DNA from: Camelus ferus
Lineage: Eukaryota
Assembly (NCBI RefSeq): GCF_009834535.1
Contig: NC_045698.1
Span: 4,776,001-4,840,000, forward strand
Direction: 5' to 3'
DNA: 64,000 nucleotides
The stretch's first letter is position 1. Every line of letters starts with the position of its first letter. The position numbers and the translations under genes are program-made. A model generated the notes under the pieces. It worked only from the letters and a program-made list of their open reading frames with translations, was not told where the DNA came from and searched no databases. Positions 50,870 through 62,820 of the stretch are shown piece after piece.

Positions 50870-51090
50870 GATGCACTGTGGTCGATCCTAACTACGTCAG
50901 TCACCCTGTCGCTTAGTAGCTGTCTTGGCTAATTTGGGTCCTAGTTAATTTAGGTTACTCTCCAAGTGTTAGTTGCCATTTTTTTAAAATAGAAATGAAA
51001 ATAGATGCCTTGTAAGCTTTTTTTTGTGAAGATTAAATAACATCATTTGAAAAAGTCTAGCATGGAACATACGTATAATAGGAACTGTGC
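50870..51090 (+). mobile_element. MIR fragment
   Basis: GCTTAGTAGCTGT...TTAGGTTACT...GTGAAGATTAAAT. Confidence 0.55.
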
Positions 51091-51384
51091 AAACTATAAT
51101 TGCTTTTATATTTATTACACAGTGCACACTTAAGGAGATAGGTTGGTTGGGTATAATTCATTTACATAGATCCAAATGTTAACCTGTTCAGAGCATGACT
51201 AATAATAATAGACATGAACTTACCTCATTTTAGTCTAAAGCTGGTTTGAGAAAAAGGTCTTTGACCATTGTGTATATCATTGTATATCACAGCTCTAAAC
51301 TCTTCTAGAAGAATAAAAATCAATGGAGTTAATCTACAATATAAATAATATATAATATTAATTTTATTATATGAAATAATTATT

Positions 51385-51570
51385 ATAATAGCTAATACTT
51401 ACTGAGGACCTATTATGTTCCAGACACAGTTCTAAATGGTTATATGTATTAACTCATTTACTCTATACAACTATCTTAAGATGTAGTTCTACGCATCCCA
51501 TTTTTCAGGTGAGAGAACTGAGGCACAGAGGGTTTCAGTGACCCACCCAAGGTAAAACAGCTAGCAAAGC
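51385..51570 (-). mobile_element. MIR
   Basis: ATAATAGCTAATACTTACTGAG...TTAACTCATTTA...CAGGTGAGAGAACTGAGGCACAGAG...CCCAAGGT. Confidence 0.88.
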
Positions 51571-51624
51571 ATTGTGGCTGAGATATTGTCTAATGCATCC
51601 AGCCTCTGAAATCCAGGATCTGAC

Positions 51625-51820
51625 CCAATGTTGGCAAGAGCTCTTTCTGTGATAGTGGGGGTACTTCACATCTGCACTACTCTGCACGGTAGCCCCTAGC
51701 CATGTGGCTGTTGAGTAGTTGAAATATCACTCTTGGAATCAAGACCCTCTTTCGAATTGAATTGAATTGAAGTATAAATAGATGCACATGGCTGGGAGCT
51801 GTCACGTTAGCGCAGCTCTA
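51625..51820. mobile_element. MER3-like hAT-Charlie element
   Basis: CTTTCTGTGAT...ATCTGCACT...GGTAGCCCCTAGCCATGTGGCTGTTGAG. Confidence 0.75.
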
Positions 51821-54044
51821 ACCTCTATATTCCGTGCCTCCTCCAGTTAAAATTAAAACGCCCAAAGCATTCATGATAAAATTGATACATCACATTTAAA
51901 AAATGAAAACATAAGTATCTCTAGGACGGTTGAGTTGACATGATTATTTGTACTTGTGCTTGATGGAATGCAGCCAAAACATTTCTTTTTAATTCTAGCT
52001 TTGTTTAATAAAATAGTTTAAGACCTTAAATTTTTTCTCTGACAAACGAAACCCCAAAAGCAATAATATAATGCAAATTGACTGCTTCACTGCATGAAAA
52101 AAGAGTTTTTGGAGTAAAACACAGCACAGGCAAAATTAAAGGCCAGTGACAGACCAGGAGAGTGTTTTCATGACAAGGAACTGACCTGTGCAACATGAAG
52201 TGCCAACAAGGAGGAGGAGACCAAAGAACCAACAGGAAAATGGATAAAGGCCGTGAACAAGTGAAGAAATGACAGACAATGGTGAAGAAACATCATTAGA
52301 TGCCCAACTTTACTAATGACAAAGTGGATATTTATAAGCATATATTTAGGGCAATAAAAAAGCTCGAGTTTGTCGAGTTTGGCCACCAAAAGAACTGCCA
52401 GTGGTGAAGGCTGTGACTGTTACACCACTGACCACCTCCAAGGGAGATGGTGGAGTTGTCTTCTCTTCTGGTTCTAAGAAATCAGCCGGCTGAGCCTGGA
52501 AACTGTGTCCCTGGCACAGTTGAGGGTGCGGTCCCAGGAGTCAAGTGAGGGCTTGAGTTTCTGCTCTCCCACTCATCAGCCTTGTGACTTACATGGTCCA
52601 TTCACATCTTATCCTCAGCCTCCCCATCTTGCAAGGCTTTGTGGGACACTGATGCCCTAGCACAAATGGCATCACTTGCCAAAGCATGTGTCTGGGTGAC
52701 ATGGACCATCACTGCAGTATTTTATATAAATAAAAACATGGTCAATGAACTGGTCACCTACTTTTCTTAGTAGCTCAATTTTTTGCTCTATTAAAATTTG
52801 TTTCCAAAGGATTCAAAAATGTGTAAATTCAATTCTTTGGACTTATATAAAAATGTTACAAATAGCATTTATCATTCATCTGCATCCTGCTGACTGCTGA
52901 AGGCACTGAGCTGGGTTCTGTGGAGCATTCACAGTAGAACCTGCCGGGGTCTGACCAGGTCGAGATGAGGCGGTTCAATGTGGGCATGAAAGAGTATGAC
53001 ACAGGTGCAGCCTCACAGGTGCCAATCAAGAGAACTTCATAATAATCTGCACTTCATCCGTCCCCATACCTGAAGCTTCCTGTTTCCCAAACCATAGAAC
53101 TATATAGGATCAGCCAATTTAATTGCTCATACTACTGCCTTATATTATGATTAAAGTGATTTTTGATTATTCAATTAAAATGCAAACTCCATTTCAAATA
53201 TACTTTCACACAGATTTTCAGAGTAAAACTATGTTTAGACTAAAAAGATTTTTTTTTTATTTTTAATAAAAGACTAGGCTTAGAGTTGAAGAAATTCACT
53301 TGTTTTTCTTCATCAAGATGCACTTGCTGTCTGCACAGATGGAAGACAACTATAAATTTACAACGTGTGTGGGCTTAGTGGGTCTAAAAAAGTTATGTCA
53401 TTATTTATATCTTCCTGTAGGAAAGACCTTGTCTGGGGAGAAGAGAAACAGCTCAGGCTGCCAAACCTGGTTGATAGAATTATTAGCTAAAAAAAGACTG
53501 AGGTTTTCTTCCCGCTGAAACATAAATATGAATTTATTATTGACACTTTCAGTGTCTTGGAGCCCTTGGACATTGTTTGTGGCGTGTGGGAAAGCAGATA
53601 TTTAACTCTTTTATTGTCACCAAGCCTGCCAGGTGCTTGTCACTTTTCTGGACTCAAGGCCTATGCACAGAGGCCACAAAAAAGTACCAACAAAGTCAGT
53701 CTTGTCATACATTTTTGAAGACGAATCCTTTTGATCTTGGATGTGAAAGTGACTTGTGCCCAGCCCTGTGACTTTTATGAGTTGTTTTTTCTTTTTCCTT
53801 TTATTTCCAAGTAGCAAAAGGAAGAATAAAACAACTGCCCACAGGAGAATGCTGAATGAATGAAGACACTCATTCTTGCTGTGGTACAGTGCCTGGTACC
53901 TGGGACACAAAGATCAATCAGTATAATAGAGTCCCTGCCTTCTGGGAGCTCAGAGTCTAGAGGACTCTGTGTGATTTAAGCCGGTGACAAAGGCTGGTCG
54001 ACGTCAGCTGGCTGCACCATTGTGTCTACTTGGTTGCCTGTGTA

Positions 54045-54395
54045 TCTTCTGTGAAGATGCTCTAATGCCTGCCCACTCCTGTATGCCCTTCCACATACTT
54101 CTGTCCAGCCTTTGTGTACACCAACCAACCTACTTTCCAGGCTGCCGACTAGCTGGCTGGGCTATTCATCACTGCCCTACTGGTCTTGTATGTGGTCTAC
54201 CCTTTGGTCACTTCTCTCTTTGTACACAGTGGATGGCCAAGCGCATTGTCCCAAACTGCCCACTGGGAGGATTTCCCTCTCCACTGTCTTTCAAGACCAC
54301 ACTTGAGTGAGACTGTCATCAGCTGACACTTACTCTCAGCTGGTCCCTGTATTCTGAGCCAATCCACCCATAATACCCAGCTGGGGATTTTCCCC
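54045..54395 (-). mobile_element. ERVL pol (RNase H) relic
   Basis: Minus strand encodes LKDSGEG then, after a frameshift, KSSQWA, matching the ERVL RNase H segment LKDSGEGKSSQWAEL. Confidence 0.8.
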
Positions 54396-54469
54396 CTCCT
54401 GCTGGTTGTACACAATATTCAATTAATCCATAGGCCTGAGCTGAGTATATTCTCTTCTGCAGAAAGCGT

Positions 54470-54830
54470 TAGTGTGTTTTTGGTTGTACGTGTGATAGTG
54501 GCAGCATGTGAGTGAAAAGCATGCCTTTGTCATCATTCTTATTTGGAAATGAGTAATGGTTTAGAGAGATGCATGCAGGTGTCAAGTTGGCAAAGGGTGC
54601 CCTGTGAAGGTGTCCCATGGACTCAGCAAGAATGTCTCTTAGAAATCCCTTCCTGGCACATTTCCATCTGTGATGAGCCACGAGGGGCAGTTTGTGTGAG
54701 ATTTGGGGAGTGGGAGTGAAGCAGTGTTCATCTTGCTCTCTATGTTGAAAAGGGCAGGGCAGGGACTGTGTGGCACACATGATTCTAGTAAACTGGAGCA
54801 GTGTGGACTCATCTTTGCCCTGGTCACACA
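54470..54830 (+). mobile_element. ERVL internal 3' end with PPT, followed by an LTR40-like LTR fragment
   Basis: CTTATTTGGAAATGAG...GAGATGCATGCAGGTGTCAAGTTGGCAAAGGGTG then TGT at 54603; AATCCCTTCC...GTGAGATTTGGG...AGTGAAGCAG. Confidence 0.65.
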
Positions 54831-54849
54831 TTAATTTTTTTACTAAAGT

Positions 54850-54975
54850 GTGCAAGGTAAATATTTTTATTCCCATTTGACATGTGAGGAAATGGAAGTA
54901 CAGTGGGGCTATGTAACAGACAAGACCATGCCACTGTGAGCAACAAAGCAAGGACCCACATCCAAACCTGGCCAA
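54850..54975 (-). mobile_element. MIR fragment
   Basis: TTATTCCCATTTGACATGTGAGGAAATGGAAG. Confidence 0.7.
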
Positions 54976-55506
54976 CTTCTCCCCCCAGGCCCAACACAGT
55001 GAAGATTAAGGTTGCATTTTTAAGGAGCTGCAGTGACTGCCCAGGCCCTGGAGGGACTGCCCTCCTCTGGGTTTCCAGGCGTCCTCTTCTCTCTGGGCAG
55101 TTGCCAGTACAGGACAGGTATTCAGCCGTATTCAGGAGACCTGTTTATCTGTCTTGGTTCCCTTTCCTCTCCTATAAACTCTGGGGGAGTGGAGACAAGC
55201 GTAAGAGATGTCAAACTCGACACGTGGCATCATCAAGGGCTGGGATTTTATCTCTTGCAGTGAAGCCATCTTTCTGATGCCACCCATTCAGTTCTATACA
55301 GATGCTCATGCTGAAGGCAGGTAAGCATTATGATACCATGGCTTTCTACCCCTTGGGGACACAGAAATCTCAAGAAAGGTTTTGCTACTAATCAGCTCAT
55401 TATTTAAAGAGGAAACTGCTGGATTCATCAAGAATCAGTGACTCCAACCAAAAATGAAACCATTGATCACTTGGAGCCAAGACTTTGAATTTAAGAATGA
55501 ACAGTA

Positions 55507-55681
55507 GTGGGAGGGTATAGCTCAGGAGTAGAGTGCATGCTTAGCGTGTGCAAAGTCCTGGATTCAATCCCAAGTACCTCCATTAAAAACAAACAAACAA
55601 ACAAACAAACAAACAAATAAATAAATAAATAAATAAATAAATAAACCTACCTAATTACCTCCCCCCCAACACACACACACA
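55507..55681 (+). mobile_element. Full-length Vic-1-type tRNA-derived SINE
   Basis: GGGAGGGTATAGCTCAG (A box), GGATTCAATCCC (B box-like), (AAAC)n(AAAT)n, CCTAATTACCTCCCCC tail; perfect 14-bp TSD AAGAATGAACAGTA at 55493-55506 and 55682-55695. Confidence 0.95.
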
Positions 55682-56854
55682 AAGAATGAACAGTAATTGC
55701 ATTATTTCCTTAGTCAGTTCAACCAGTGTATCTGAGATGCTATACTATGTAGACGTAAATAGAAAAGAAAGACAAAGAAACATACAACTGAAGTAGAATG
55801 GGAGGCATTAGTTGTTTCTCATCTTTGTTTGTCAGCACCCGCTGTCCCGTCCGGTGCAAAGTGAGCACTGGCTTCCTTGGTGTCAGAAGTAAGCATATCT
55901 ACATCAGGCATGCATTACTTTGCAAAGAACAAGCCAAATTCATGGAAATTCAACTACTTGTGTTTTACTTTAATAGGACCTGATTTCCAAAGACAATGTT
56001 TCTCTTATTTGCACTTAATAAATGTACATTATTTTTAACTGTTGTAAGATCACTGAATTTCTTGATCTTTCTCAAGTTAGAAATTTTCAAAGCCAGATGG
56101 ATATCATAAATTTTTCATAATATTATTCTCAAAAGCAGAATATAAGCTTGTAATTTATCTTATTTGTAAGCAATATGAACACTGACAGAATCCTAGGACA
56201 ATTCAACACACAATCAACAGCATTTCAATTTCAGATATATGTTGTTGTCTGAGTATCAAGGTTAAATGGGTACCTGTCACAGTTCTCTGTGGTATGTTAA
56301 CCATTTGGATTTGACCTCAGGCTATTACTTGTCTGTTACCTGTCAGCAAGGTTAACCTAATAGAATTCTGTCCTTGCCAGCTGAGCTCCACACAGCAGTC
56401 TGCCCAAAGGGAATGGATTTTTGATGATCATTAGATGGATTGCTGGGTCTTGGACACCTATTCTTTTGAAGTTATAGTTTACCTTTGGGGCAAAAACAGT
56501 TTCTGACAATTCTTTCTGAAAAGTTTCCATATTATAATGCCTTGGGCTTATTAGCGACTTCAGGGTATATAATAAACCAGAGCCCTTTCTCTGTATATTT
56601 GCATCCATACGTTACTGCTGCCCACACTCTGGTTCCCGATAATGTAAGAAAGATCTGTGTTGTACCAAAGGGCTCATCTCCAGGTATTCCTAATACCTGG
56701 GAAAAGTTGGTTGTTTCAGAAGAAACTTCAGTTGTGGGGGAAAGGATGGAGCTGGAGTGGGGAGAGGGGCCTCCTCCACCCTTTCCCCCAATCTTACATC
56801 CTGATAAATGATGCTAGCAGTAAGTAGTTTCTCAATGTAAAAACAGGTAATATA

Positions 56855-57067
56855 TCTGTTAATCCCATACCCCTAATTTGTAACCCTTCTTCACAAACTA
56901 CTATGTATAAAATAAATAAGCAACAGAGATATATTGTATAGCACAGGGGATTATAGCCATTACCTTGTAATAACTTATAATGGAGTATATGCTGCAAAAA
57001 TACTGAATCACTGTGTTATACACCTGAAACTAATGTAATACTGTGAATCAACTATACTTCCAGTTAA
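56855..57067 (+). mobile_element. Short L1 3' insertion with a 38-nt 5' inversion
   Basis: 56893-57067 is a sense L1 3'UTR; 56855-56892 is the reverse complement of the adjacent upstream L1 segment; 16-bp TSD with 2 mismatches. Confidence 0.85.
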
Positions 57068-57579
57068 AAAAACAGCTGATATATTTCTTCCAAGTAAATA
57101 CAGCGTTTTAACCAAGCACAAAAAAAGCAATCACATTTTGAAAGAAATGTGCACTCTGACAAAAGCATTGGGGAGTAGATATATGGAAATGTTTTCTTGT
57201 AATTGGAGCCATATGGTGGTGGTGCTAAAGTTATTGTCACCCTGAAAATTATTTATGCCCACATACTTATAAAATTGGAAACAATTTTATGTCCTGTTTA
57301 ATCATCTTTCAAATGATGACTTTCAATGAGTTTTAAATCTATTTGTTAACACACTAAAAACATGCATATTCTGATTACTCTGTGAGAACAGCTGACTGAA
57401 ATACTAAAACATGGACGTTTAAAAGCTAAATTTTAATAAAACTTTGGCACAGTTGGTTGATGAAATTGACAATAAGTATCATAATTTAGTAAATTCAGGA
57501 TTATTTTGTTGAAGATCATATAGTCTCATGAGGTTTCCTTTTTCAACTAGGTGACCCTTAAACCATAAGTCAACATAAA

Positions 57580-58390
57580 CTAAAGTTAGAACTGTAATTT
57601 CATATCAGCTGGTCACAAAGTAAGAAAGAAAGATTCCCAAATATAGTGAAGATATTTGGCAGCATCTTAATATGTTTTTAAATTAAAAATGTTAAATCCC
57701 TTTATATTTTGATTCAGCATTAACACTTCAAGGAATCTATTTCAAAATAAAATTTCACAAGAATCTATATATTCACATTCAAGGGAATTAATTGTACCAT
57801 TGTTTAAAATTAAGAAAAATAGAAAGAAAATAATTAAATGTTCAACAAAAAGGGAATAAGATAATACATTTTACCAGGAGTAATAACTCACTTTCAATAA
57901 AAAATGGCATGGTATTGCAAATCTTGACATGCAAAAGCTTTAGTGTGTAAAAAAAATTAAACACAAACTGTTAAGTGAAAAGAGCATTACAAAAATAAAA
58001 TAAGCTGACTTACACACACACACACACATACACACACACACACACATGCACACACACACACACATGCACACACATACCACACTTAACATGAGGTCTCCCT
58101 GAAGGGCACTTTTTTAGCCATCCCTTTCTACATAACAACCCCCCCCCCCAAAAAAAGAGCATAACATAACATATCAACATGTATATTTTGCATTCTTCTT
58201 GGTCTTTGTGTGTGCACGGATGTATGTGTATGTATATGTGTGTACATGTATGTTTCTATGTATGTATAAAAATATATCGGGGGAGAGCACTAACATACTT
58301 CTTAGTAGTAAATAAAGATTATTTACTGAGGGTTAGGATTAGCTTGGTATGTTGATAAAGACTGGATTTAACAATTAAAAACTATTTCAA
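57580..58390 (+). mobile_element. Old L1ME 3' fragment with (CA)n at 58012-58080
   Basis: TTTGATTCAGCATTAACACTTCAAGGAATCTAT, CATTGTTT...AAATGTTCAACAA. Confidence 0.6.
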
Positions 58391-58459
58391 TTTTCAGTGG
58401 CATTGTGCAGGCAGAAGTCCAGATGTGTGTATTTAAAAGCAAAAGAGAGGGGTTTCTGC

Positions 58460-59430
58460 CTTCCTATTAGTTGACCAGGAATTCAGCTCAATCCTCCCAT
58501 TAAGGACTGCAACAACATATAGAGTAAATTATACGTTATACAAATGTACTTGAACACAAAAGAGACTTAACAAGGTACTGAGTCATTTGGCCAATACTAA
58601 GAGAAATCCTAAAGGATGAACTTGGCATTTGGGATAACCTTGGCCATGGAGCATTTGCCAGTATAGAAAATAAGGCTAAGACGTGATGTAGTTCATTAGC
58701 CGGCCTCTCACTCAGGGGACCAAAAGTTGGAGTTAGGGATCCATTGGAGTAGGGTCTTGATAAATCTTCTGTGCCTTTGGTTGGAACGTGAAAGTTTATA
58801 CCCCAGGAAACCAGCTTTTACACAGGCTGCAGTCCAACATTGAGTCTTCTGGGTGCTCAGAACAACCATCACTTTCTGAAACTGGATAAAGTCTATCCTA
58901 GGTTGCTAGTACCCTAAGTGTGTAGGAAACTATTAACCATCTTCTCTGGAGGAAGATGACATAATCCTTAGCTGCCAACTGCTTCTATGAATAATATTTA
59001 TGAATAAAATGCTTGGCACAAAAATAAAAGATAACCTGGCAGACAAGGGGAAAACCACATGAATGAAAAGAAAAAGAAGACATGAAAAGCTGTGAGGTAT
59101 TGGGATCAGCAAGTAGAAACTATTAAATAATAATATTTACTATGATCAGAAGATAATAAAAAAGGCTAAAAATTTTAACAGATCTAGAAACAAACAAGTG
59201 ACATTGCAATTTTGAAAAGGAACCAAATAGAAATTCCAGAGCTGCAAAATGCAGTAAGTTAATGCAGAATTCAACAAGTGGATTTAGCAGCATATAAGCC
59301 ACAGCTGAAGAGAGAGTCAGTGAACTGGAAGATGGGCAAGAAAAATCCAAAATTAAGCACAGAAACGTAAGAAGAATTCAAAAATACAAGAAGAAATGAA
59401 AAAGATATAGAGAATACAGTAAGAGGAAAC
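58460..59430 (+). mobile_element. Old L1 5'/ORF1 relic
   Basis: AAGGAACCAAATAGAAATTCCAGAGCTG...ACAGCTGAAGAGAGAGTCAGTGAACTGGAAGA (ORF1 coiled coil). Confidence 0.75.
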
Positions 59431-59454
59431 TATTTATTCTCCATCACCAATTCT

Positions 59455-60710
59455 TTAAATTCAAAATGGATCAAAGACTTAAATGTAAGACTGGAAACCA
59501 TAAAACTTCTAGAAGAAAAAATAAGTAGAATATTCTTTGATATAAATCAGAGCAATTTTTTTGGCTCTATCTCCTAAAGCAAAGGAAATGAAAGCAAAAG
59601 TAAACACATGGAACCTAATTAAGCTTAAAAGCTTCTGCACAGCAAAGTAAACCACTGACAAAACAAAAAGACAACCTACTGAATGGCAGAAAATATTTGC
59701 AAATGGTTTAGCCAATAAGAGGTTAATATCCAAAGTATATAAACAGCTTGTACAACTCAAAATTTTTTAAAAATCCAGTTAAAAAAATTGACAGAAGACC
59801 TGAATAGACATTTTTCCAAAGAGGACATATAGATGGCCAACAAGCACATGAAAAGGTAGTCAATATCATTAACCATCAGAGAAATGCAAGTCAAAACCAC
59901 AATGAGCTATCACCTCACACCTGTCAGAATGGCCATCATCAAAAAGAACACAAATAGCAAATGTTGGTGAGGACGTGGAGAAAAGGGAACCCATCTACAC
60001 TGTTGGTGGGAATGTAAATTGATACAGCCTTTATGGAAAACAGTATAGAGGTTCCTTCAAAATCTAAAAATAGAATTACCATGTGATCCAGCAAATCCTC
60101 TCCTGGGTAGATGTCCAAATAAATGAAAACATTAATTCAAAAATATACATGCACACCAATGTTCATAGCAGCATTGTTTGCAATAGTCAAGATACAGAAA
60201 CAACCTAAGTGTTCACCAACAGATGAATGGATAAAGAAGATGTGGTCTATATACACAACAGAATACTACCCAGCAATAAAAAAGAATAAAATTTTGCCAT
60301 TTGCAACAACATGGATGAACTTGGAGGGTATTATGCTAAGTGAAGTAAGTCAGGCAGAGAAAGACAAATACGGAGTGATATCACTTATATGAGGAATATA
60401 AAAAATAAAGCAAACTAGTGAATATAACAAAAGAGAAACAGACTCAGATATAGAGAAAAGACTGTGGTTATCAGTGGGGACAGGGAAGGGGAAACGGGCA
60501 TGATAGGGGTAGAAGGTTAAGAGATAACAAACTACACTGTATAAAATAAATAAGTTACAAGGGTATTTTGTACAACACAGGGAATATAGAAAATATTTTA
60601 TAATAATTATTAATAATGGAATATAATCTTTAAATATTATGAGTCATGTTGTATATCTGAAACATATATAATATTGTACATCAACTATATCTATAAATTT
60701 TTTAAAAATT
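59455..60710 (+). mobile_element. Younger 5'-truncated L1 (ORF2 C-terminus plus 3'UTR)
   Basis: ORF 60123-60392: CTPMFIAALF...DEWIKKMW...FATTWMNLEGIMLSEVSQ. Confidence 0.95.
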
Positions 60711-60769
60711 TATTTGACATAACACCCAATATAACAACAGCAACAACATGGAATAATTAAAGTAGCCAT

Positions 60770-61130
60770 CAAGAAGTCAAACTCATAGAAAAAGAAATCA
60801 GATTTGTGGATCAGAAAGGTGCAAACTTCCAGTTATAAACGAGTCCTGGGGGTGTAATGTTCAACATGATGACAATAGTTAAGACTGCTGTGTGGTATGT
60901 GTGAAAGCTTCAAAGAGAGAAGATCCTAAAAGTTCTCATCATAAGGGGAAAATATATTTTTTTCTTTTTTGTGTGTGTGTGTGTGTGTCTGTATGAGATG
61001 ATGGATGTTAACTACATTTACTGTGGTCATCATTTCCCAATATAAGTAAGCCAAGTCATCATGCTGTACACTTTAACCTTATACAGTGCTGGACATCAAG
61101 TATACGTCAATAATACTAGGGAAAAAAGAA
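60770..61130 (+). mobile_element. L1MA9-like 3'UTR fragment
   Basis: CAAACTTCCAGTTATAA, GATCCTAAAAGTTCTCATCA, GATGATGGATGTTAACT, GCTGTACACTTTAACCTTATACAG. Confidence 0.85.
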
Positions 61131-61134
61131 GGAA

Positions 61135-61780
61135 ATCTAAAAGTGTGGGAGGAAAAGAACAGAGAAAAATTTGGACAAATAGAAAGCACCTAGTTAATAT
61201 GATACTTTTAAAACTGGATATTACATTATAAATTAATGGACTAAATGTTCCAAATAAAGACAAAGATAATGAGAAGGAGTTAAAAACCCAAACCTAACTA
61301 TTTGCTATTTATGGAGGAACATCTGAAATACAAGGACACAGAAAGATCGACAGGCAAAGGAACAAAGCATAGTGGCTGTGGCTATGTCAGTACCAAAAAT
61401 GGTAGGTTTTGAGGCACAAGCATTAGCAGAAGTGAAGAGGGGTCCCCCCTAACAATTACACAGCAAATAGTTTGACCACCATTCAAGTAAGCTAGAGATC
61501 AATAAAAACATGTCACTGGCAAAGTCCTTTATATTTACATTAAGAAATACTTTTAAGTAACCCTTGATTTAAGAAATCAACCATAATAGAATTAGAAAAT
61601 ACTTAAAACTCAATGAAATTAGTATCACATTCAAAACATAGGCGACTAAGAAAGTCATCACTTTAAATGCAATTATTGGGGGAAAAAGACTGAAAATGAA
61701 TGAACTAAGTACAAAATAGGAATTTAGAAAAAAAAAAAAAAGAACAAAATAAGTTCAAAGAAAGGACTGGAAAGGAACTA
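61135..61780 (+). mobile_element. Old L1 ORF2 endonuclease-start relic
   Basis: AATTAATGGACTAAATGTTCCAAATAAAGACAAAGA and CTATTTGCTATTTA...AAATACAAGGACACAGAAAGA resemble NGLN.PIKRQR and TICCLQETH..KDT.RL. Confidence 0.7.
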
Positions 61781-61799
61781 CTACCGATCTTCCATGCAT

Positions 61800-62236
61800 C
61801 TGTATCATATATCTCGATAACATCTCTATTCCATCTCCACCCCCCCACCCCCCCTGCCAAGGACTAGCTCACTGGCAAGTCTGAGATCCTTCGGCAGGCC
61901 AGCAGGCTTGTAAATTTGGCCAAGTGTTGACATTTCCGGCTTTTATCTGAATTTCCCAAGACAGCAAGCTGGTAACTTGTGCAGGGTTTCCATGTTGCCA
62001 GTAAGAGGCAGCATTTCTTCTGCTCTGGGAAGCCGCAGTCTTTGCTCTCAAGGCCTTCAACTGTTGGGATGACGTCCACCCACATTGTGGAGGGTAATCT
62101 GCTTTACTGGAAGCCCTCTAATTTCAATGGCAATTATCTCTAAAAATTACTTTCACAGCAGCATCTAGACCAGTCCTTGACCAAGGCACTAGGCACCATG
62201 GCCTTTCCAAGCCGACATATAAAATTAACCATCACA
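61800..62236 (-). mobile_element. MLT2D-like ERVL LTR
   Basis: CTGGCAAGTCTGAGATC, AAGGCCTTCAACTG, CACCCACATTGTGGAGGGTAATCTGCTTTACT; ends AAAATTAACCATCACA. Confidence 0.9.
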
Positions 62237-62785
62237 CTAATTAAATAATTACACTAGGTAAATATTTTTATTTCTTGAGTTGATTTTTTTTTTTTTTGGT
62301 CATTACACCAATTTTGCTTAGAACAGAGATTTTAGGACTTGCTGAATCATGTGGATAAAAACGTAAAATTAATTTGCTTTTTGTGGATGCAATTTTTCAG
62401 TAGCTGACGATGCCTGCTGTGGGTCATTCCAAAAGCCAGGGGGATGCCAGAGTAGAGGGTGCAAGAATTACTGTAAAAACATTCCAGATTCCATCCTCAT
62501 TCTCTTTCTCCTGGCAGGACATACAGCTGTTTAAAGTCATCAGCCCAAAGGAAATTATTGAGAAGGGAAATGCTTTTTGCCCTCTTAAATCCATACATGA
62601 AACAATGCGGATGGGGAGCTACAGCTTGAAGCATCGGGCTCTCCAGGACTGGCTTCCCTGTTGGCCACAGTGAGGGTGCTGCTTCCCTTGAGCGACTTAC
62701 ACACCAAGACTCACTGGGCACCAACGGGTCCCCTTCAGATTCAGCTCTCAGGCCGTCGGGGATTGATCACCTCCCCTTTCAGTCA

Positions 62786-62820
62786 GCCCCTGGCTCTGCC
62801 CCTGGCTCTGCCCCTGGCTC
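62786..62820. repeat. 12-bp tandem repeat GCCCCTGGCTCT x3
   Basis: Directly visible. Confidence 0.9.

Noticed and set aside
51505..51530. miR-146-like seed GAGAACTGA
   Set aside because: It is the MIR core (GAGAACTGAGGCACAGAG); the rest of the miRNA and hairpin are absent
55507..55585. tRNA gene
   Set aside because: The tRNA-like head belongs to a SINE, as shown by the tail, TSD and multiple copies
3655..57083. Local enrichment of inverted L1 insertions as a special mechanism
   Set aside because: 5' inversions are a common minority class of L1 insertions; three among more than a dozen L1 pieces is not demonstrably above expectation without a genome-wide count
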